Of a DNA stretch of 64,000 nucleotides, positions 57,814 through 64,000 are shown in pieces. The translations under genes and the position numbers were made by a program. This DNA is from Octopus sinensis (lineage: Eukaryota), in NCBI RefSeq assembly GCF_006345805.1, contig NC_043023.1:9486001-9550000 (forward strand), in the 5' to 3' direction. Each line of letters opens with the position of its first letter. Position 1 is the first letter of the stretch. Below the pieces are notes generated by a model that saw nothing but the letters and a program-made list of their open reading frames with translations, had not been told where the DNA came from and searched no databases.

Positions 57814-58416
57814 GTAAGTTGAATCAGTTTTGTAGATATTATTTCCTTGATTTCTAAGTATCTAATATCTTCCCATCTTTGTTTCTTATCCTTCTTTTTG
57901 CTCTTTTCTAATTCACATTCTCTCTGAATGTGTGTGCCATGATATTATGTATATTTGTGTTTGAAATGTGCGGATAAACGTCTTCTTCATTTTCTATTTC
58001 TTACAAATCAAGTTTTACTTGTCTTCACGTCTTTTGCTCTTTATTTTTTCTCCTCTAACTTTTGTATTTATTTCCTTATTTGTCGCCATAATCCTCATGT
58101 TTATAGTCATGGACACAACCACCACCATCATCGTCAACATCATCATCAACTTCATCATTATTATCTCACCATCATCAGCAGCATCAATGCCACCGACGCT
58201 ATAAACATCATCCACCTCATCATTATACCCATCTTCAACAATATCTCTATCTTCGTTATCAATCACCATCATCGTCGTTGTCATTCATCATTGTCATCAT
58301 CTTCTTCATCAACCTCTTCCACCTCTTCCATTTATTTTTTCGTCTCTTCCTGCATCGTATTGATTAAATATAATATTTAATATAGTATTTCTTAGCAATT
58401 ACCGTTTATTTTACAG

Positions 58417-58488
58417 AGATCTATCCCACAATGCAATTTCAAGTTTGGAACAAAATGCCTTCGAAACACTGACCAAATTAAAAACATT
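58417..58488 (+). CDS. LRR micro-exon A', unit 3
   Basis: 72 nt; DLSHNAISSLEQNAFETLTKLKT(L). Confidence 0.92.
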
Positions 58489-59239
58489 GTAAGTTGGATG
58501 TGTCTTGCTGATGCTACTTTCTGTGCATTCCCCTCTTTATTTGACGTTTCTTGACACGTCTCTAGCTGATATTCACTCTAAATATGTGCGAGACTCTGTG
58601 TGAATCTTAGTGCTTGTTGTGTATAGCTGATGCACTTTGTGAAGAATAAAAATTGCTGCCAACAACTATCCCCAGAATGTAAGAATATCATCACTACGGG
58701 TTCAGAAACAGACTACTAAAAAATTTGTTCTTCACAACCTGATCCGGTGCACCGTGCAAGATTTCCCCTAGATCTTTAAGGAAAATGAACCAGCGAATCG
58801 AATAAAAAACGCAATGATCACGAGAAAGGAGTTGCAAGAAAATTTATTAGCTTCAGGGACTAGTGTTACACTACGAACAATCAGCAATGAACTTCATAGG
58901 AATGAACTGAAGTCATGCTCACATAGAAAAACTCCGCTGTTGTCTAAAAGGCATAGAGATGCCCGTTTAAAATTTGTTTACGAACATAAAGGATAAATCT
59001 GATAAATTCTGGGAAAATGTTCTATGGACAGACGAGTCGAAAATTGAATTGTTTGGAGCAATGTTTGGAGGAAAGATGGTACCGCCTATTCTCCGAAAAG
59101 GACCATCACGATCATCATCGCCAGCACCATCATCATCAACGACACCATCCTCCTCATCATCATCATCATCGCCATCATCATCATCATCATCGCCATCATC
59201 ATCATCATCTTCACCAACATCAACATCATCATCATCATC

Positions 59240-59286
<47 letters not shown>

Positions 59287-59768
59287 TATTCTTTTCATCA
59301 CCACTTCATCCTCACTCATAATAATCTTCACTCATGATTTTCAGAATGTTCTTCGTTAAATTCTTTCACTACAGCTTATATTTCCTCTATTTCTGCATGT
59401 AATTCATTAGCGATAATATTTGAAATTTTATGACTAATCTTTATATATAAAACTGAAGTTGTGTGAAAGTCTGTCTCCTCCGATTGAGATTCCTAATTAC
59501 TCCCACATTTTTCGGTGCAGTTTAACCAAAAGCGGGTATCTTATAGTCGTCATTCATATCAAGCCCTTCTGGGAATTATCGCACGTCTACGATGAGTCTA
59601 CGATTTAAAAATAAAATTACCATAATTTTTTCGTTTTTTTAATGCATTGGATTCTATATCTTTGTGTAATATTATATGTATAAGCGTATGCATGTGCATA
59701 TATATTTGTGTCTGAAATGTGTGGATAACATAAAAACAAATAGCTGCACAACCACTCAAACACGCACA

Positions 59769-59822
<54 letters not shown>

Positions 59823-59963
59823 CACTAAGTAAGTTAGGGGTTGTGGATCCAACCCATTATGTATGTATCTTATGGTTGTCGTTTTGATAAAGTCAACATT
59901 TTAATATCCTGAAGTTGATGCACCAACTTATGTGCTACTCCATTTTCTTATTTGTAATATATA

Positions 59964-60027
<64 letters not shown>

Positions 60028-60204
60028 AACGCATATAAATATCACCGCACTGCCAGCGATATCATCTTCATCATCTACGTCATCATGATTATCATCTTCT
60101 TCATCTAATATTTTACTTCGTTATCTAATTGATTAGACATAATACTTTAAATTTTATGATTACTCTCCTCTATATTATAACTTACCAATTCTTTTATCTT
60201 ACAG

Positions 60205-60276
60205 ACGATTATCCGATAATAAAATCTCGAAAATTGAAAAAGAATCATTTGTAAATCTTCCCAAGTTACATGAGAT
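60205..60276 (+). CDS. LRR micro-exon D', unit 3
   Basis: 72 nt, identical to exon D. Confidence 0.92.
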
Positions 60277-62268
60277 GTAAGTTGAATCAGTTTTGTAGAT
60301 ATTATTTCCTTGATTTCTAAGTATCTAATATCTTCCCATCTTTGTTTCTTATCCTTCTTTTTGCTCTTTTCTAATTCACATTCTCTCTGAATGTGTGTGC
60401 GATGATTTTATGTATATTTGTGTTTGAAATGTGCGGATAACAATGCATTCCGATAAATTTTCCTGTTTCATGAAGCATCTGTTTTACTGACGGTTGTGGA
60501 GATCTGTTCTCTGATGGTCTTAGGATCTGTTCGGTGACGGTCGTAGGATCTCTAATCTGGCGGTCGTAGTATCTGTTCGCTTACAGTCGTAAAATCTGTT
60601 CGCTGAAGGTCGTAGAATCAATTCGTTGACGGTCATGGAGATTCTTGTGCTTTATATGTACTCAACAAGCTGTGATTGGCTACAGATGACTTGGCACAAT
60701 TCATCCAATACGTGACCACCAAATACAGCTTCCTTGACTCACTTCATGTGGATTTGACGGCATAGAAGCAGCATCCCCTGTTCCAATATCTCACGTCTTC
60801 TGTGTTCCCCATCGACTACTTACAACTCATTTGATGAACATCATATTCGACTCTGCTTGATATAAACCTCTTTGTATATAGACAGTTATGCGATTTTGCA
60901 TTTGGACCCGTTTTATACGCAAAACTATGCCTCATTACACTACTGAATAAATTTAACGATCTTGCTTTATGAAATAGCATTGTGGATATTCTTTATCAAC
61001 GCCTTTATAATGAAACATTTTAAATGGATTCTCTCTAGAAACTCTCTTTGAAAATGCTAAATACATACATCTTACAACACTAACACATTTCATATCGGAG
61101 ACTTTCTTCACTATGGTCATTAGTAACTCTCCAAGTTACATTGGTAACCCGCTATATTAGTGACGACTATCATCGTTATCGTTACAGCTCTTCTCACTGC
61201 TGTTATCCCAGTGGATATTGACAATTGACCATGTCGGGGCGCTTTCACTAATTTTCTCATATGCTCTCTACAAATATGGCGTGCCGGGCAAAACCCATTT
61301 CGTTTCCACTAACAATATAAACCGTGTAGGATGATTATGTAACGCACAAATATCTGGTTTGTGTAGTCGACAACCTTGAATAATAACCGCTCAAGGTCAC
61401 CCACTATCTACTGGCTTACAGAATAATCTCTTTAGATATGATCTAATGACCCAACGCTGTTTGCCCAAGTCCATATTGGTGCATTCAAGGAATCCAGTTG
61501 GAAAAGAGTGGTGAGAATTGTGTCTTTAATATACACACCCGACTCTCTTAACACCTAGGCACACGCACACACATAACACGAGAAACAAAAGTGATGCAAT
61601 TAATACATTAGCTAAACCTGTTGTAGCCAAATAGATTTTAGCATCGTAAAATAGTTCACCAATGATGTTAGAAAAATTTATACGAAAATATACATTTTTC
61701 ACAATGGACCACATGCATCACCCAAGATAGATTATGCAGTTCTATATTTAAAAGATGAGGAATTATGTACATTATTTACATTATTTATATTTGATTATGC
61801 AACGAAAAGATAAGGGTTGTGGATTACTGCTACTTCAACTAGGAGCTTAGACACCTAATTAACAAAAACAAACGACTATCAGTATGAACGTTGTAAGGAA
61901 CTGTGCTATACATAAGAAAAAACTGAGACATATATGTGAAGGAGTTGCGGATCAACGAGACTGGGCTACAACGAGATGTATCTGAAGAACCAAGGATATG
62001 CGCGAGATCAGCTATCCGCTATTTCTATGTTTATATATTGTGAGCAGGGACGATTGATTACCTTATCTATTAGGCAGGTAAAGACCCAGAAAGCACGGCC
62101 TTGCCAAGCTGGAGGGGAGTGATTTGCCCCCTTTCTCAAAAAATATAGGACACAGATTGTATGCCATTAAGCAGCTGGAAAAGACATTTTCCTTGGGTTA
62201 AAATGTAATAACACAATTATTTATGCTGTTAGAAACATACAAACACATACACGCATAATATATATATG

Positions 62269-62300
<32 letters not shown>

Positions 62301-62625
62301 AAATGTGCTGTAATATTTACAGCTGTTAATAAAATGTTTTAGTTTGAAACAATTGTACTAAATTACCGGATTCATTCTTGTTGCTTATTTTTATATATAT
62401 GTAAATGGATGAATGAATTATCCTTTGTCTACTGCTAACATGGAATTCAATAAACATTTACCAGGGTAGCAAAATTCACGTGAGTAACATGGATGAAGCG
62501 ACCTATTCAAAGGTAGAAACTCCGGGTTAATGTGCAATAATTTGTATAGTATAAGTAAATAAATAGAGTTGAACGATGTTATTAAAATTCATTTAATAAC
62601 ATCTTCGTTCAACTCCATTTATTTA

Positions 62626-62669
<44 letters not shown>

Positions 62670-62674
62670 TACAT

Positions 62675-62709
<35 letters not shown>

Positions 62710-62863
62710 CATATATACATACACACACACACACATATATATGTGTGTCTGTGTGTGTGCATACACGCATATACTTACAAACAAACATTCATTCCATATA
62801 CAAGATTTCAATTTGAAAATAAGCATCGTTTAATTCAGTGCAATTTATTTATATGTAGTTATA

Positions 62864-63665
62864 TATCAGTTCCTCGAATAAGTTCTGTCCGAATTTTGAA
62901 TAAAGAAAACAAGTGATCAAATGTTACATTTAGAGAGAAGAATCTTTTCCCCACGGAGTTCCCTTCTCGGTTGTGGTTGAGCTTTTTCCCTTTTACCAAG
63001 CCACTGTTTACGATGTTTAACTTTTCGATAGAAAAATCCATTTTTCGTCACCAGTCACAAGTCTATACAAAAAAGGTGAAATGAGTTCGCGAGAATGGAG
63101 AGAAGAGCAGATGTCAACTCGGGATTTGCGGCTGCTTTCGGGCAGTTCATGAGGCACCTATTTTCCACGTTTAAGAACCTTTCCAAGTTGTTGAAGAAGA
63201 CGATGAACAGTTGTATGGTTTGAACTAAGCTTTATTGCCAATTCTTCAAACGATATTGCATGATTTTCTTCTAGGAGCTTATCATCAAGCTCAACTGGAC
63301 GTCCTGTTCAATCTTCATCTTCAAGGCTGAAATCTCCACTTATGAATTTTGCAAACCATCTTCTGCAAGTTCTTTCATTCTAGCATTCTTGTATGTTTCG
63401 AGTCGTTTCGGCTGCAGAATTTCCCTTTTTGTACTCATAAAGCATTGTGTGTCTTAAATACTCGTTGGATACTTCAATGTTAGAAAGGGTTTTAATTAAC
63501 GAAATTTCATTTCTATTATTCTGTAAAATAATATTTAATTAGTTTAAATGTACACAAATTTATTAAAAATAATTTTTAATTCCATTAGACATTCTAATTT
63601 ACTATTAAATTCCATTCAATTTTAAAAGCTGTAAAATCGGACAGAACTTATGGGATGATCTGATA
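62864..63665 (-). mobile_element. Mariner remnant, unit 3 copy
   Basis: Near-identical to 37707-38507. Confidence 0.88.
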
Positions 63666-64000
63666 GACGAACACAAACGCATGCAATGAGACACAGACAG
63701 TCACATATATACACATATATACACATATACTCACAAATATTTCTATTCGGATCTATGCAATTATGATTATCATCATAATCACCAGGATCATCTTCCTCAT
63801 AACCATTACCATTTTCTTTCCAGGATTATGATTATTAATCCTTATCTATACTAATAATTACTTATGTTAACATCATCCTTATAATCATCATTATCATTAT
63901 CAACAGTGATGTTATCACCATCGTTGGCAGCAATCCCACTATGATCAACATTACCAGCAATGTCAAAGCCCACACAACCACATAATCACCATCATTACTA

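Overview
Eukaryotic, AT-rich, microsatellite-dense DNA, probably an octopus (inferred from the tRNA-derived SINE families and repeat landscape). Bases 1-6000 hold the last two coding exons of an adhesion-class GPCR (TM5-TM7 plus tail), with a 1-nt frameshift in an A-run. Bases 6000-26000 are mostly transposon debris: R4/Dong-type LINEs sitting in (TAA)n arrays, SINEs, Penelope remnants with minimal hammerhead-like motifs, and a hAT-like fragment. A 610-bp fold-back lies at 25991-26601. From about 26950 to the window end is a tandem array of ~12.4-12.8 kb units (2.9 copies). The main result is invisible to the ORF track: the array carries 20 leucine-rich-repeat micro-exons (7 per unit, order A-B-C-D-A'-D'-E, + strand). 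Each is nominally 72 nt, encodes one 24-aa LRR, and is phase 2-2, starting with A and ending in TT or AT, so any exon can join any other in frame. This looks like a very long, recently amplified modular LRR ectodomain, possibly of a neighbouring LRR-adhesion GPCR (inference). Almost all long ORFs in the supplied track are microsatellite artefacts.
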